Origin: Thermoplasmatales archaeon
Lineage (GTDB): Archaea; Thermoplasmatota; Thermoplasmata; Thermoplasmatales; Thermoplasmataceae
Length of the DNA stretch: 64,000 nt
Assembly (NCBI GenBank): GCA_027310185.1
Contig: DAIDBH010000010.1
Span: forward strand, 19,137 to 83,136
Direction of reading: 5' to 3'
Position 1 is the first letter of the stretch. Every line of letters begins with the position of its first letter. The notes beneath the pieces are model-generated. The model had not been told where the DNA came from. It did not search any database and saw nothing but the letters and a program-made list of their open reading frames with translations. This document shows, piece after piece, positions 29,191 through 40,010 of this stretch. The position numbers and the translations under genes were made by a program.

Positions 29191-30348
29191 TTGAAATTGA
29201 AGAAAATGAGAAAAGGGTTCCTGGTCATCGGAATTCTAATTATGTCAATGAATTCTCTATATCAGTACTCCTGGAATGTTTTTGAACCATTGCTCAAAAC
29301 TGGCCTTGGCGTTACTCTTATCCAGGTTCAGGTTGGATTTTCACTTTTTGCAATATTTTCCACAGGATTTCAGGGAATTGGCGGGTATTTTGCAGACAAG
29401 AATGGCCCTAGGAATATTGGCATACTTTCATCATTTCTTTCAGCTGCGGGATTCCTTGGCACGTCCGTAAGTGGCAATCTTGCAATGTTCTATATATTCT
29501 GGTCCATTGGAAGTATAGGAGAAGGCATTCTGTATGGTATTGCCACCAACCTTGCAGTAAAGTGGTTCAAGGAAAACCGTGGACTTGCAGTTGGTTTCGT
29601 ATCCTTTGGATTTGGACTCGGTGCAGCTGTGGCCAATATATTCCTCCTGAAGGCAACAAGTTTCAGGGAACCTATGCTCATTATCGGCCTGACTGAATTG
29701 GTTCTCTTCCCCATACTCCTCAGCATGGTAAAGTATCCAGAAACACAGGTAACTGGTGATAGACCGTCAAGAAACCTAAGAAACAGGAGATTCTGGATAT
29801 TATATGTCTCATTTGTACTTGGTGCTGTACCACTGATAGTGATATCATCCTCCCTTGGAATTCTTGGCGAGAGGATACCCATAGTCGAATTTGCAATCCT
29901 AGTATCTTTATTTCCATTGCTAAGTGGAATGAGCAGGCCTATTCTTGGGTTTTTATCAGACAGAATTGGAAGGATCAGGATGGTTTCAATAATCGACATT
30001 TTTCTCATTGCAGGGTCATTGCTTCTCCTCAACGGCTATCTTCTGGAATCAATCATTCTTATCGGATTCTTTGGAGGATCAATGATTTCCCAGTACATGT
30101 CTTTGATAGGAGACGTTTTTGGCACGAAGTTCTCAACATCAAACAATGGTGTATTCTACACGGGAAAAGCAATTTCAGGGTTCATAGGAAGCACATTCTT
30201 TTCGGCACTTTTTATAGTAAATGAGGCAGAATCGTTTCAGTTCATATTGATATGTATAGTCGTTGCACTGGCATTTCTTCTTCTTTCCACCTACGATCCG
30301 GAAAAACGAAAAAGAGGTTCAGGAGAGAATGCAGTAGATTTAACATGA
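29191..30348 (+). CDS. MFS transporter, oxalate/formate antiporter (OFA) family
   Basis: QYSWNVF, GYFADKNGPR, KWFKENRGLAVG, GFLSDRIGR; about 12 TM. Confidence 0.9.
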   Translation: MKLKKMRKGFLVIGILIMSMNSLYQYSWNVFEPLLKTGLGVTLIQVQVGFSLFAIFSTGFQGIGGYFADKNGPRNIGILSSFLSAAGFLGTSVSGNLAMFYIFWSIGSIGEGILYGIATNLAVKWFKENRGLAVGFVSFGFGLGAAVANIFLLKATSFREPMLIIGLTELVLFPILLSMVKYPETQVTGDRPSRNLRNRRFWILYVSFVLGAVPLIVISSSLGILGERIPIVEFAILVSLFPLLSGMSRPILGFLSDRIGRIRMVSIIDIFLIAGSLLLLNGYLLESIILIGFFGGSMISQYMSLIGDVFGTKFSTSNNGVFYTGKAISGFIGSTFFSALFIVNEAESFQFILICIVVALAFLLLSTYDPEKRKRGSGENAVDLT

Positions 30349-30374
30349 GTATTATGGAATGACATCATCTAAAA

Positions 30375-31178
30375 TTAATGGAAAATAAGCTTGTCAAGCC
30401 CCCTGGTCAGCCCTTTCATGTTTATGACATTTCTTGTTGCCATCAGGGTACCTTCAACGTATGTATCTGGCTTCGTTCCAGCGTCAAATTTTAAAGTCAA
30501 TCTTTCATCATCTCCTCCAAATATTACATCTGTCCCTATGATGAATCCGGGGAGTCTCACAGAATGGACCCTTGTACCTCCAAGATCCACACCCCTGCTT
30601 TCTTTCAACCCTGTCATCTGTTCATCTGAAACCCTGATCTCAGGCCTGCTGATTGAAGACAATCTGCTGGCAATTTCAAGTGCAGTACCACTGGGAGAGT
30701 CTATTTTATTCCAGGACGCGTAGTCTATAATTTCCCAGCCAGGCATATACCTGGATGCAATTGACGAAAAGTGAAGAAGCAGTGCAGCCGAAATTGCAAA
30801 GTTCCCTGCAGCGAAAACTCCAACATTCCTGTTCTTTGCCCTACGGTCAATTTCTCCATAATCTTCATCAATAAGACCAGATGTGCCCACAACAACATTG
30901 ACACCATGATCAATGGCATAAAGCACATTTTCCTTAACAACATCGGGAGATGTATAATCAATCAGGACATCAGTTTCTTCATTTAGAGCCCTTTTTACTG
31001 AAGGCTCAAATTTCAACTCTTTACCGCTTCCTGGAAAAACACTTCTCAAATTCATCCCTGAAGCTTTTCTTGAAACTGCTCCGGAAAGATTGAGATCACT
31101 TGATTCAAGGACTTTTTCTGTGAGGACTTTTCCAACCCATCCTGTTGCTCCTGCTATGCAGACATTAATTCTTTTCAT
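30375..31178 (-). CDS. dapB: 4-hydroxy-tetrahydrodipicolinate reductase (DapB family)
   Basis: GATGWVG, IDYT, VVGTSG, GNFAI, KIDSPSGTA, VHSVRLPG. The usual ExHH motif reads DYAS. Confidence 0.8.
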   Translation of the reverse strand: MKRINVCIAGATGWVGKVLTEKVLESSDLNLSGAVSRKASGMNLRSVFPGSGKELKFEPSVKRALNEETDVLIDYTSPDVVKENVLYAIDHGVNVVVGTSGLIDEDYGEIDRRAKNRNVGVFAAGNFAISAALLLHFSSIASRYMPGWEIIDYASWNKIDSPSGTALEIASRLSSISRPEIRVSDEQMTGLKESRGVDLGGTRVHSVRLPGFIIGTDVIFGGDDERLTLKFDAGTKPDTYVEGTLMATRNVINMKGLTRGLDKLIFH

Positions 31179-31329
31179 AATGTTTCATCAATGATACTAT
31201 GTATATATGTTCATTCCTGATGTTTGAACCTTTCTTTAAAATGAAAATGCCAGGCTTACAGATGTTGATATTAGGGATTAATTGAATCGTAAAAAGATTG
31301 GAAGAAATTTACTTATGTTCAAACAGTTT

Positions 31330-33279
31330 TTATCTGCTTGTTTCTTTCTTGAATGTTTCTATGGCTGCCCTTATCTCATCAACCGATACGGAACTCTCAA
31401 GGGTACTGATATCTCCTGGCAGTTGACCAAGGAACACCGCTTTCACCACCCTCCTCATTATCTTTCCACTTCTTGTTTTAGGAAGGGTGTTTACAATGTG
31501 TATCTCGTCCGGAACATATATTGGTCCAAGTTCTTCCCTGATTCTCTTACGGAGAGTGGATATAATTTCAGGGGTTCCCCTGAATTCATCCTTAATGACC
31601 ACAAAAGTCACTATACTCTCTCCCTTTGTCTCGTCGGGTTTACCAAATGCGGCAGCTTCTGCAACTTCCCTTGAGGAAATGAGTGCGTCCTCTATTTCTA
31701 TTGTACCCAGCCTGTGGCCAGACACCTTGAGAACTTCATCTGCTCTTCCAAGCAACCAGTAATATCCATCGCTGTCCTTAACCGCATAGTCACCGCAATA
31801 ATACTTTCCGTTAAACTTCTCAAAGTATACACTCTTGAATCTACCAGGATCATTATTCAGTGTCAGAAACATTCCAGGCCACGGTTTCCTGTAGGCTATG
31901 AATCCCTTCTCACCAGTCTTTACCTCCTTTCCGTTATCGTCCAGAATTACCGGGTCAATGCCGGGCATTGGGAAAGTTGCTGATCCTGGTTTCAGAGGTG
32001 GCAGCCCTATTCCCAGGGCAGGAGCAATTACAAAGCCTCCTGTTTCTGTCTGCCAGTAAGTGTCAATGATTGGGCACTTTGAATTGCCTATATTCTCATA
32101 GTACCATTTCCATGCGGCAGGGTTTATTGGTTCTCCAACGGTTCCAAGCGTTTTCAGCGTAGACAGATCGTGCATTTTTGGATACTTTTCTCCAAAACGC
32201 ATGAGAGTCCTGATTGCGGTTGGGGAAGTATACAGTATATTCACCCTGTAACGCTCTATAATCTCCCACATCCGATCAGGTTCTGGATATGTTATTGATC
32301 CCTCATACATTACTGAGGTGAGGCCAAGGATAAGGGGGGCAAAAACAATATAACTGTGACCAGTAACCCATCCTATATCTGCTGCACACCACCACCTGTC
32401 ATCCTCATCGGGATTAAAAGCCCATTTCAGCGTATTTGCAACCCACACTGCATATCCACCGTTTCCATGGACAACACCCTTTGGCTTCCCTGTTGTTCCA
32501 GAGGTGTAAAGAATATACAGGGGATCATTAGAGTCCATTTCTACAGGCTTTACATAGTTCATCCCATCCCTTACTACATCATGATACCATATATCCCTGT
32601 CTTCCTGCATGGATACGTTATGGCCCGTTCTTCTTACAACTATGACGTTTGATACAGTGGAGGTCTGTTCCAGCGCTTCATCAATAATCTTCTTCAGTTC
32701 CACGATTTTTCCGTTCCTGTAACCTCCGTCTGCTGTTATTACCATCTTCGCCTTCGCATCTTCAATCCTTTCCGCCACTGCTGAGGCCCCAAAACCTGCA
32801 AAGACGAATGAGAAAGTTGCTCCTATCCTTGCTGCTGCAAGCATTGCAACTGGAGCTTCAAGAATCATTGGAAGATAAATCAGTATCCTGTCTCCCTTCT
32901 TTATTCCAAGATTCAGAAGTGCAAAGGCAAGATTGTTAACCCTTCTGTAAAGACCATCATATGTTATGATCTTTTCCTCCCCATTCTCGCCTACCCAAAT
33001 GAAGGCGGCCTTGTTCCTCCTGTGTGAAAGCAGGTGTCTGTCTACTGCATTATAAGAAACATTCAATTTTCCATTGACAAACCATCTGTAAAATGGAGGG
33101 TTGCTATCATCCAGAACCATATCCCAGCGCCTGTCCCAGTCAAGAATTGTGGCTGCCTTGGACCAGAATTCATCAGGATGTTCTATGGAATCCCTGTATG
33201 TCCTTTCAAAGGAACCCATGCCGGGGTGATATCTCTCTTCAGTTGGAAGTACTTCCCTGTTTTCAGTTCTTTCTGCCAT
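31330..33279 (-). CDS. acs: Acetyl-CoA synthetase (AMP-forming)
   Basis: YTSGTTGKPKG, ADIGWVTGH, VGEPINP, DTYWQTETG, PKTRSGKIMRR. Confidence 0.96.
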   Translation of the reverse strand: MAERTENREVLPTEERYHPGMGSFERTYRDSIEHPDEFWSKAATILDWDRRWDMVLDDSNPPFYRWFVNGKLNVSYNAVDRHLLSHRRNKAAFIWVGENGEEKIITYDGLYRRVNNLAFALLNLGIKKGDRILIYLPMILEAPVAMLAAARIGATFSFVFAGFGASAVAERIEDAKAKMVITADGGYRNGKIVELKKIIDEALEQTSTVSNVIVVRRTGHNVSMQEDRDIWYHDVVRDGMNYVKPVEMDSNDPLYILYTSGTTGKPKGVVHGNGGYAVWVANTLKWAFNPDEDDRWWCAADIGWVTGHSYIVFAPLILGLTSVMYEGSITYPEPDRMWEIIERYRVNILYTSPTAIRTLMRFGEKYPKMHDLSTLKTLGTVGEPINPAAWKWYYENIGNSKCPIIDTYWQTETGGFVIAPALGIGLPPLKPGSATFPMPGIDPVILDDNGKEVKTGEKGFIAYRKPWPGMFLTLNNDPGRFKSVYFEKFNGKYYCGDYAVKDSDGYYWLLGRADEVLKVSGHRLGTIEIEDALISSREVAEAAAFGKPDETKGESIVTFVVIKDEFRGTPEIISTLRKRIREELGPIYVPDEIHIVNTLPKTRSGKIMRRVVKAVFLGQLPGDISTLESSVSVDEIRAAIETFKKETSR

Positions 33280-33405
33280 ATAGCTTCTATTAAAAGAATT
33301 GTACTTAAACCTTCGCCCATCTGCTAAAAAATTAAATATGAATCATATGTATATTTTGTATGGCAAAGAATTGTTCTATCTTGCTGAAAGGAAGGTGGTA
33401 GGTTT

Positions 33406-34020
33406 ATGGAAACTACAGAAGCAAACCCATTTAACAAAGCACTTGCTGCTGACCCGGCTCCACTGGGTCTTGCAGCTTTTGCTTTTACAACATTCCTGTT
33501 GAGCTTTATAAACGCTGGTTTTATAAGCTCAGCGGGTGTCGGAGTTGTGGTTCCCCTAGCAGTTGCCTACGGTGGATTAGCACAGCTTATCGCTGGCTCC
33601 TGGGAAATGAGACGTGGAAACACTTTTGGATTTACTGCATTCAGCAGTTATGGAGCATTCTGGTTATTCTATGCTTTTCTCAACCTGCTCGCAGACACGC
33701 ATATTGTATCTACTTTACCAGCGGTCGCTGTAGGATGGGCACTTGTATTATGGGGAATATTTACGCTTTATATGTGGGCTGGGGCAATGATGCTAAACGT
33801 GACTCTGAATCTGACATTCCTTACCCTCTGGATTACATTCATACTGCTCGGGGCAGGCGCAATTTATAACAGCACAATAATGACACATCTTGGAGGATAC
33901 TTTGGAATACTTGCAGCATTTTTCGCGGCTTATACCAGTTTTGCAATTATTGTTAACAGCATAAGACCCAGGACAATTCCAGTGGGTCCGGGTTTAAAAT
34001 TCTCAAAAAAATCTCCATAA
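33406..34020 (+). CDS. satP: Acetate uptake transporter (GPR1/FUN34/YaaH-SatP family)
   Basis: ADPAPLGLAAF, YGGLAQLIAG.WE, GNTFG.TAFSSYGAFW; divergent from acs. Confidence 0.93.
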   Translation: METTEANPFNKALAADPAPLGLAAFAFTTFLLSFINAGFISSAGVGVVVPLAVAYGGLAQLIAGSWEMRRGNTFGFTAFSSYGAFWLFYAFLNLLADTHIVSTLPAVAVGWALVLWGIFTLYMWAGAMMLNVTLNLTFLTLWITFILLGAGAIYNSTIMTHLGGYFGILAAFFAAYTSFAIIVNSIRPRTIPVGPGLKFSKKSP

Positions 34021-34148
34021 GACATAGATTATCAAATTCATTTTTAAGATACTACAATTTTTTTATGTTCTTATTTAAAAACATTTACCAGACCATCCTA
34101 TTTCATATGGTAAAGATAATTTTATACTAAACTTTTTAATAAGGAAAC

Positions 34149-35087
34149 ATGGAGTATATGTCTTTAGGTGGAAACAAAGAATTAAAGGTTTCAAGAGTTG
34201 GCATGGGGTTATGGCAGGCAAGCAATGCCTGGAATGCTGATGAAGATGGTGTTATAGAAGCAGTAGGTGAGGCAAAGAAGAATGGAATCAATTTTGTGGA
34301 TACGGCAGAGCAATATGGAAATGGAAACAGTGAAAAGGTACTGGGAAGGGCATTAAAAAAATATGGCAGGGAAAATTTCTTCGTGGCAACAAAAGTCTAT
34401 GGGGCGCACCTCAGATATGATGAACTGCAAAGGGCTGCAAGTGCTAGTATTCAGAGACTCGGTATAGACCATATAGATCTTTATCAGATTCACTGGCCAG
34501 ATCCATGGGAACAGATCCCTCTTAGCCATACGTTTAAAGCTATGAAAAAACTATACGAAGAGGGTAAAATCAGGGCAATAGGGGTAAGCAACTTTGCAGT
34601 CAGGGACATAGAAGAGGCGAGAGGGATACTGGGAGACGTTCCAATAGTCTCAAATCAGGTAAGGTATAATTTGCTGCAGAGAAACATAGAAGAAGAGGTG
34701 ATTCCATACTGTAGAAAGCACCACATAAGCATAATTGCATGGAGTCCACTGGCACAGGGTGTTCTGACCGGAAAGTACAACACGGGCAATATACCAAAAG
34801 GTGACGTTAGGGAAGGAAATGAGCTTTTTGCCCCAAAGAATCTCGAAGCCGTAAAGGATGTCCTTACCCTGTTAAGGTCCCTAGGTGAGAAATACTCAAA
34901 GACACCAGCGCAGATTGCTCTGAACTGGTTGATTTCAAAGAAGGATGTTATACCAATTCCAGGTGCTAAGAACATTAAGCAGGCAAAGGAAAATGCTGAT
35001 TCAGTATCATTCAAACTTACGGGAAGTGAGATTTCAGAAATGGAATCGTTATCTAGTGCTGCGTTGATTGACTATCTGCCGCAATGA
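34149..35087 (+). CDS. Aldo/keto reductase
   Basis: DTAEQYG, ATK, IDLYQIHWP, IGVSNF, AWSPLAQG, PIPG. Confidence 0.95.
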   Translation: MEYMSLGGNKELKVSRVGMGLWQASNAWNADEDGVIEAVGEAKKNGINFVDTAEQYGNGNSEKVLGRALKKYGRENFFVATKVYGAHLRYDELQRAASASIQRLGIDHIDLYQIHWPDPWEQIPLSHTFKAMKKLYEEGKIRAIGVSNFAVRDIEEARGILGDVPIVSNQVRYNLLQRNIEEEVIPYCRKHHISIIAWSPLAQGVLTGKYNTGNIPKGDVREGNELFAPKNLEAVKDVLTLLRSLGEKYSKTPAQIALNWLISKKDVIPIPGAKNIKQAKENADSVSFKLTGSEISEMESLSSAALIDYLPQ

Positions 35088-35236
35088 CATGATATAAGTG
35101 GCATTTCTTATATTTTCTACATCTTAATTATAAACTCATAAAAATTGAGAATTACAGAAATGATATCCTTTGATAATGAGAATATCATCCCAAGGAGTGG
35201 CAATTAAGCTTATATAACCCGGGCAAATGAATATTC

Positions 35237-35764
35237 ATGAGCTACAGGGACTCAATGAATTTTAAAGGCTCTAAAGCAACACAGTTATTGAGGGATCAGC
35301 ATTATACGACAGTTGGAATAACAGAGGATTTCCTGGGCAACAAAATTGATATCACTGAATTTTTAAAGCATATCGATTATACGATAAAAGTTCATTTTTC
35401 ACTGGAAGATACTGTTCTCATACCCATATTTAGCCCCTATCTGAGGCAATATATGGAATTCGAGGAGCCCATACGAATAATTTCTGCAGAACACGTATCT
35501 GTGAAAAGTATGTTCAACGGAATTCATAAACCAAGGATATATGAAGGAGAACAGGAAATAGCACCTACACAGGAGGAGATAATAGGCAAAAGTGGGCAGA
35601 TTGCAAGGATAATGCTTCAGCATGTTTACAAGGAAGAAAACGGGCTTTTTGGACTTGTGGAACAGTATCTACCTGGACCTGAAAAGGACAATGTAGCCAA
35701 CCAGTTGACTGCGAAGTTCACAACACTGGACAGTGAGTACAGAAGCAGATCAAAAACTCAATAG
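35237..35764 (+). CDS. Hemerythrin-like (HHE) domain protein
   Basis: LRDQH, HFSLED, EH and HVYKEENGLF motifs. Confidence 0.85.
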   Translation: MSYRDSMNFKGSKATQLLRDQHYTTVGITEDFLGNKIDITEFLKHIDYTIKVHFSLEDTVLIPIFSPYLRQYMEFEEPIRIISAEHVSVKSMFNGIHKPRIYEGEQEIAPTQEEIIGKSGQIARIMLQHVYKEENGLFGLVEQYLPGPEKDNVANQLTAKFTTLDSEYRSRSKTQ

Positions 35765-35866
35765 GGCTAAAATGGAAAATCATCATCTACTTGGGTTGTA
35801 AATATCCATTTAATCAGGATTATTTTGCTTGTTTAGGATGGCAAAAAAGACTTACAGCTAATTAAA

Positions 35867-36058
35867 TTGAGTGAAAAAAGTACTTCAGTCGTTATATTCA
35901 CAGGACCTGATGAAAAAATGACGATGACTGAGGGACCTGAACCAAACAGTCATCAACATGAAAATAAAGTGATGGAAGAAATTTACTGGGGATCACTTCG
36001 TGGCCACTATGAATGGCTGTTCAAGTATCATTTCAAGGAGGACTATTTTCAGGATTAA
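35867..36058 (+). CDS. Small hypothetical protein
   Basis: 63-aa ORF in otherwise empty space; no recognisable motif. Confidence 0.3.
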   Translation: MSEKSTSVVIFTGPDEKMTMTEGPEPNSHQHENKVMEEIYWGSLRGHYEWLFKYHFKEDYFQD

Positions 36059-36089
36059 TTATCCCCAGATTTTAGGTTTGGGAGTTAAT

Positions 36090-37070
36090 TTATCCAACAA
36101 TTTCCTTCAATTTTCTCACATTCTTTATCAATCTCGAGAACCCATTGAAATCTAGCTGTTGTTTTGCATCAGAAAGAGCCTTATCAGGATTGTTATGTAC
36201 TTCGATTTCCAGCATATCCGCTCCAGAAGCTACTGCTGCCATAGCGAGAGTCTCTACATACTCTCTCTTTCCTGCAGGATGGCTTGGATCTGCACAAACT
36301 GGTAAATGCGATCTTTCCCTGAGGACAGGTACGGCACCACTATCCATCATGAATCGTGTGCTGTCCTCGAAGCTTCTCACACCGCGATAGCACATTACAA
36401 CGTTTCCATTACCACCTGAGAGAATGTATTCAGCAGAGTTGAGCCATTCTGATATTGTATTTCCCATTCCGTTCTTCAGAAGTACCGGCACTTCTCTCTG
36501 GCCGAGGAATCGCAGAAGTGAAAAGTTCTGTGAATTCCTTGAGCCTACCTGAAGCATGTCAATATTTCCTTCAAAATGCTTGTAATCTGATATATCCATA
36601 ATTTCAGAAACAGTTGGGAGTCCAGTGGAATCACTAACTTTCTTCATCATTTTAATTCCTTTCATCCCGAGACCCTGGAAGGAATATGGAGTTGTCCTGG
36701 GTTTGAAAGCTCCACCCCTCAGCAAGTCTGCACCCAATTCCTTAACCCTCTCACCAATTTCCATCAACTGTTCATCCGATTCAACTGCGCATGGCCCAGC
36801 AGCAACCACAAGTTTCCCGCTGCCTATCTTCACGTTTCCCACAGTGACAAAAGTAGACTCCTGTTTTACCTTTCTTGAATAAAGGCCATCAGGGATCACC
36901 GTTGCATCCTTGATAGGTATGTATTCCACATCTGTGGAGGAGTAATTAGTGATGAAAAGGCTCTTTCCATAAAGATTGACCTTCCGGAACGTCATTGAAG
37001 AATCCATAAGTGCATCTTTCACGAAGGGTTCATTCGCTTCATCATTCGGTATTATTATCAAAGATCTCAC
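36090..37070 (-). CDS. aroF: DAHP synthase (class I-beta)
   Basis: AGPCAVES, RGGAFKPRT.PYSFQG, QVGSRN.QNF, DPSH, EVH, ALSD. Confidence 0.93.
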   Translation of the reverse strand: MRSLIIIPNDEANEPFVKDALMDSSMTFRKVNLYGKSLFITNYSSTDVEYIPIKDATVIPDGLYSRKVKQESTFVTVGNVKIGSGKLVVAAGPCAVESDEQLMEIGERVKELGADLLRGGAFKPRTTPYSFQGLGMKGIKMMKKVSDSTGLPTVSEIMDISDYKHFEGNIDMLQVGSRNSQNFSLLRFLGQREVPVLLKNGMGNTISEWLNSAEYILSGGNGNVVMCYRGVRSFEDSTRFMMDSGAVPVLRERSHLPVCADPSHPAGKREYVETLAMAAVASGADMLEIEVHNNPDKALSDAKQQLDFNGFSRLIKNVRKLKEIVG

Positions 37071-37731
37071 CTCTCAGATCATCAATGGTTCTTCTCATTG
37101 TCTCTAGTGCGTCATTTGAAAATGGATTCAATCTGATGGTGTCAATAAGTGTTGAGGGACCCTGCAGCGAACAGATATCAGACACCTGATCCATAATGAT
37201 TCTCGATCTTGTTTTCAGTTCAGTTTTATTGGAAATTCTTGAAGATAACATGGAAATCAGGTATGGGATTACCTGGAGTTCTATCATCAGGCGATCATGC
37301 TCTTCAGACTTCATGGAAATGACATTATAACCCGGGAATAGGGTGGAGATAATATCTTCTGAGCCATGAAATGAAATGTCTGTAATAAACAGGATATTTC
37401 TTAATTTCTGGTCATCTATTGAAAGAGGGCCAAAAAGTGGATGTATACTTATTATCCTGTCTGCAAATTTCCGGAACGGATCCTTCGAGGAAGATACTTC
37501 GATAATCTTCCTGGAAGCCCCAAACTTTTCTATAATGTCCATAGCAACAGAAGCTGGAACGGCCAGAAAGATGAAATCAGATTTTTTCATTTCTTCGTTT
37601 AACATCCCGTAATTCTGGATATCCACCCCTTCCACATCATGACCATAGTTACTGAATAAATGCATCAAGGTGGTACCAAACCTACCGGAAGAACCCACGA
37701 TCAGTATCTTCATTTCAGTCACACTCCACAA
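37042..37731 (-). CDS. tyrA: Prephenate/arogenate dehydrogenase
   Basis: VGSSGRFG Rossmann motif, LAVP, SIHPLFGP, EEHDRLM. Confidence 0.85.
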   Translation of the reverse strand: MWSVTEMKILIVGSSGRFGTTLMHLFSNYGHDVEGVDIQNYGMLNEEMKKSDFIFLAVPASVAMDIIEKFGASRKIIEVSSSKDPFRKFADRIISIHPLFGPLSIDDQKLRNILFITDISFHGSEDIISTLFPGYNVISMKSEEHDRLMIELQVIPYLISMLSSRISNKTELKTRSRIIMDQVSDICSLQGPSTLIDTIRLNPFSNDALETMRRTIDDLRGEIFDNNTE

Positions 37732-38296
37732 GAATTTTCTTGAATCCGCCCTTTTCCATCAAACTATCAAAGGAAAATTTCCTCAGTTCACTATTGAAAG
37801 CATCTATCCTGAGATTTAGCTCATCTGTTTTTATACTGATTTTTAGGTCATAATTATCAGTGCTCCCCCTTATTATATGCGAACCTCTTGAAATTGCCGC
37901 CTTAATGAAGGGATGCTCCCTGTCACAAGTGTGGTATATTTCATCTCCTGTAAGACAGACAATTCTTCCAATTTCATATTCTGCCGTCCTGCATTCACGC
38001 TCCTCTGGGGAATATTCGCTTATCAACCCAGCCTGGGCACGGGTAGTGAGTTCAAACAACGCATTAATAAAACTGCGCTCCTCAGCTGACCGTACACCAA
38101 TTCTCCGGATGACTTTCAATTCCTGGTTCCTGTCCCGGAGATCAGCCCCTTTCCTTAGTTTTTCCTGAAATATAAGGCGTGATATCTCTATCCTCTTCCT
38201 GAACATTTCTGTAATTTCTCTGGTGTTCGATAGAAGCTCTTCCCTTAATTTTTCAAGATTGTCCTCTGCTTTTTCATTACCTATAAAATAAACCAC
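37715..38296 (-). CDS. Chorismate mutase (AroQ) with C-terminal extension
   Basis: LEKLREEL...RIEISRLI..K...LRDRNQE pattern; first gene of the CM-tyrA-aroF operon. Confidence 0.75.
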   Translation of the reverse strand: MVYFIGNEKAEDNLEKLREELLSNTREITEMFRKRIEISRLIFQEKLRKGADLRDRNQELKVIRRIGVRSAEERSFINALFELTTRAQAGLISEYSPEERECRTAEYEIGRIVCLTGDEIYHTCDREHPFIKAAISRGSHIIRGSTDNYDLKISIKTDELNLRIDAFNSELRKFSFDSLMEKGGFKKILVECD

Positions 38297-38616
38297 TTCT
38301 TTTTGTGTTCATCGTGCTAGATATTATCTAGCAATATAAACTTTTCTTTAAAAGATTTCACTATGATTTCATCACGAATCAGCATTGTTTTTACATAAAA
38401 TCCAAAATATATCTCATGCAGTCATATCCAATGGGCATTACTTACTGACACTCAAATTCTTAATACACACGTTTGTTGTTTCGCTTTTCAACAGAGAGTC
38501 AAATAACCATGAATAAGCCACTCCAGAGTTGGACTTCTTCCCATCAAGTACCTATCTAATATAAAATACAACTACAATCTATAATTATGTCAAAGGAAGA
38601 CTTTGAGATAAACTTC

Positions 38617-39828
38617 CTACCTACTATACTGAATGGTCTGAGGAATTTTAACAGATGAAGCATTCAGGAATTCTGACAGCAAATTTATGGATTCAGTCAT
38701 TGCTCCCAGTGTCCTCTTCCTGGAAAAATTTCTACCTTCATCATAGATCGCATTTATCTTAAGCTCTCTATTCTTGCGATCTAATTTAAGGTCAACTCTT
38801 CCTACAATTTTATCACCATGAAGGAACGGCATGCAGTAGAAGCCGTATTTTCTTTTTTGCTCTGGAACATACATTTCCATCCTGCTATCAAAATTGAATA
38901 TCTCCTGTGTCCTCTTCCTGTCTATAGTTAAATTATCAAAGGGGGAAAGTAATACAGATACCGGTCTCCAATTATTTTCCAGTTTTTCTAGATTTGGTAA
39001 ATCCTTTTTCAGTATGAACCATTTCTTCCTTGTCCCTGAACTATTTTCTTTTATCTCTACAGGTACTATCACTGATCCATCCTGAAGTTCTTTCACAACC
39101 TGCATCAGATGGGGAAAAGTAACAGGAGCATAATGCCTGCTGATCTGTTCTGGAGTAGCAATTCCCAGCGCCTCAAGAGATTTCTGGAACACTATCTTTT
39201 CTGCCTCCTTCCTTTCAATCAAGTCCTTCTTCATTGAGCAGTCGAAGTAATTTTCAGGAATATCCCACACTTTCTGGTTTGATGATGTCCTATCACTTAC
39301 AATGAGATCACCAGTCCTGTGCATCAGATCAAGAAGTAGGTTCACCTTTCTTTCATGCCCCCACCCACTGAGTTCTGATTTGATTTTTAACTCTGAAAGT
39401 TTATTTGAAGTAGTAGGACCATTAGATCTTACAAACTCTTTAATTTCATCAATTGAAGACTTAATCTCAGGATGTGCCATCAAGTAATTCTTCCTTCTTT
39501 CATTCATACTCATTCTCAAGATATGGAAATCCTCAGCAATTGAAATAGATGCCTGATGAGCATAGGACTCAACCAGAAGATGATCTCTGTATATCAGGTC
39601 CAGAAGGTTCTGCCTGTTGAAACTACCAATTCTGCTCCAGAGGGTAAGGTAATGACTTCTTTCAACTGTATATACAGGATCCAGCTGGACGTATTTTAAA
39701 TCATGAAAAACTTCTAAAATTTTTTGCTTTTCATTCGACTTCTTGCGGTTGCTTCCAGAGAGATGCTGTCGCAAGATAGAAAATCTGGCAACATCTTTCA
39801 TCGATACCTGAACAACATCACTTCCCAT
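38617..39828 (-). CDS. YcaQ/AlkZ-family (HTH_42) interstrand-crosslink DNA glycosylase
   Basis: VQLDPV..VERSHYLTLWSR (QxD), LLSPFD, EMYVPEQKRKYGFY, GRVDLK. Confidence 0.92.
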   Translation of the reverse strand: MGSDVVQVSMKDVARFSILRQHLSGSNRKKSNEKQKILEVFHDLKYVQLDPVYTVERSHYLTLWSRIGSFNRQNLLDLIYRDHLLVESYAHQASISIAEDFHILRMSMNERRKNYLMAHPEIKSSIDEIKEFVRSNGPTTSNKLSELKIKSELSGWGHERKVNLLLDLMHRTGDLIVSDRTSSNQKVWDIPENYFDCSMKKDLIERKEAEKIVFQKSLEALGIATPEQISRHYAPVTFPHLMQVVKELQDGSVIVPVEIKENSSGTRKKWFILKKDLPNLEKLENNWRPVSVLLSPFDNLTIDRKRTQEIFNFDSRMEMYVPEQKRKYGFYCMPFLHGDKIVGRVDLKLDRKNRELKINAIYDEGRNFSRKRTLGAMTESINLLSEFLNASSVKIPQTIQYSR

Positions 39829-40010
39829 TTTGAATGCATAATATACAGTATAATAATAAAGAGATCATTTGTTTCAATGGAAATTCATTCATGTGACATC
39901 TTCCGATCCGTATGTGGGATTTTGCTTCCAATCAACGCCAGATTAAATTTTCAACAGGCATTCTCCGTGGAAGGTATAGGAGACTAAATTAGAATGATAG
40001 ACCAGTCCAT

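Noticed and set aside
38355-38400. CTGA-TTC-GTGATGA on the minus strand resembling D'/C' boxes
   Set aside because: No correctly spaced box C, box D or terminal stem.
38514-38530. AGCCACT match to the tRNA-Thr 3' end as a possible att site
   Set aside because: Only 7 bp of identity and no integrase; expected by chance.
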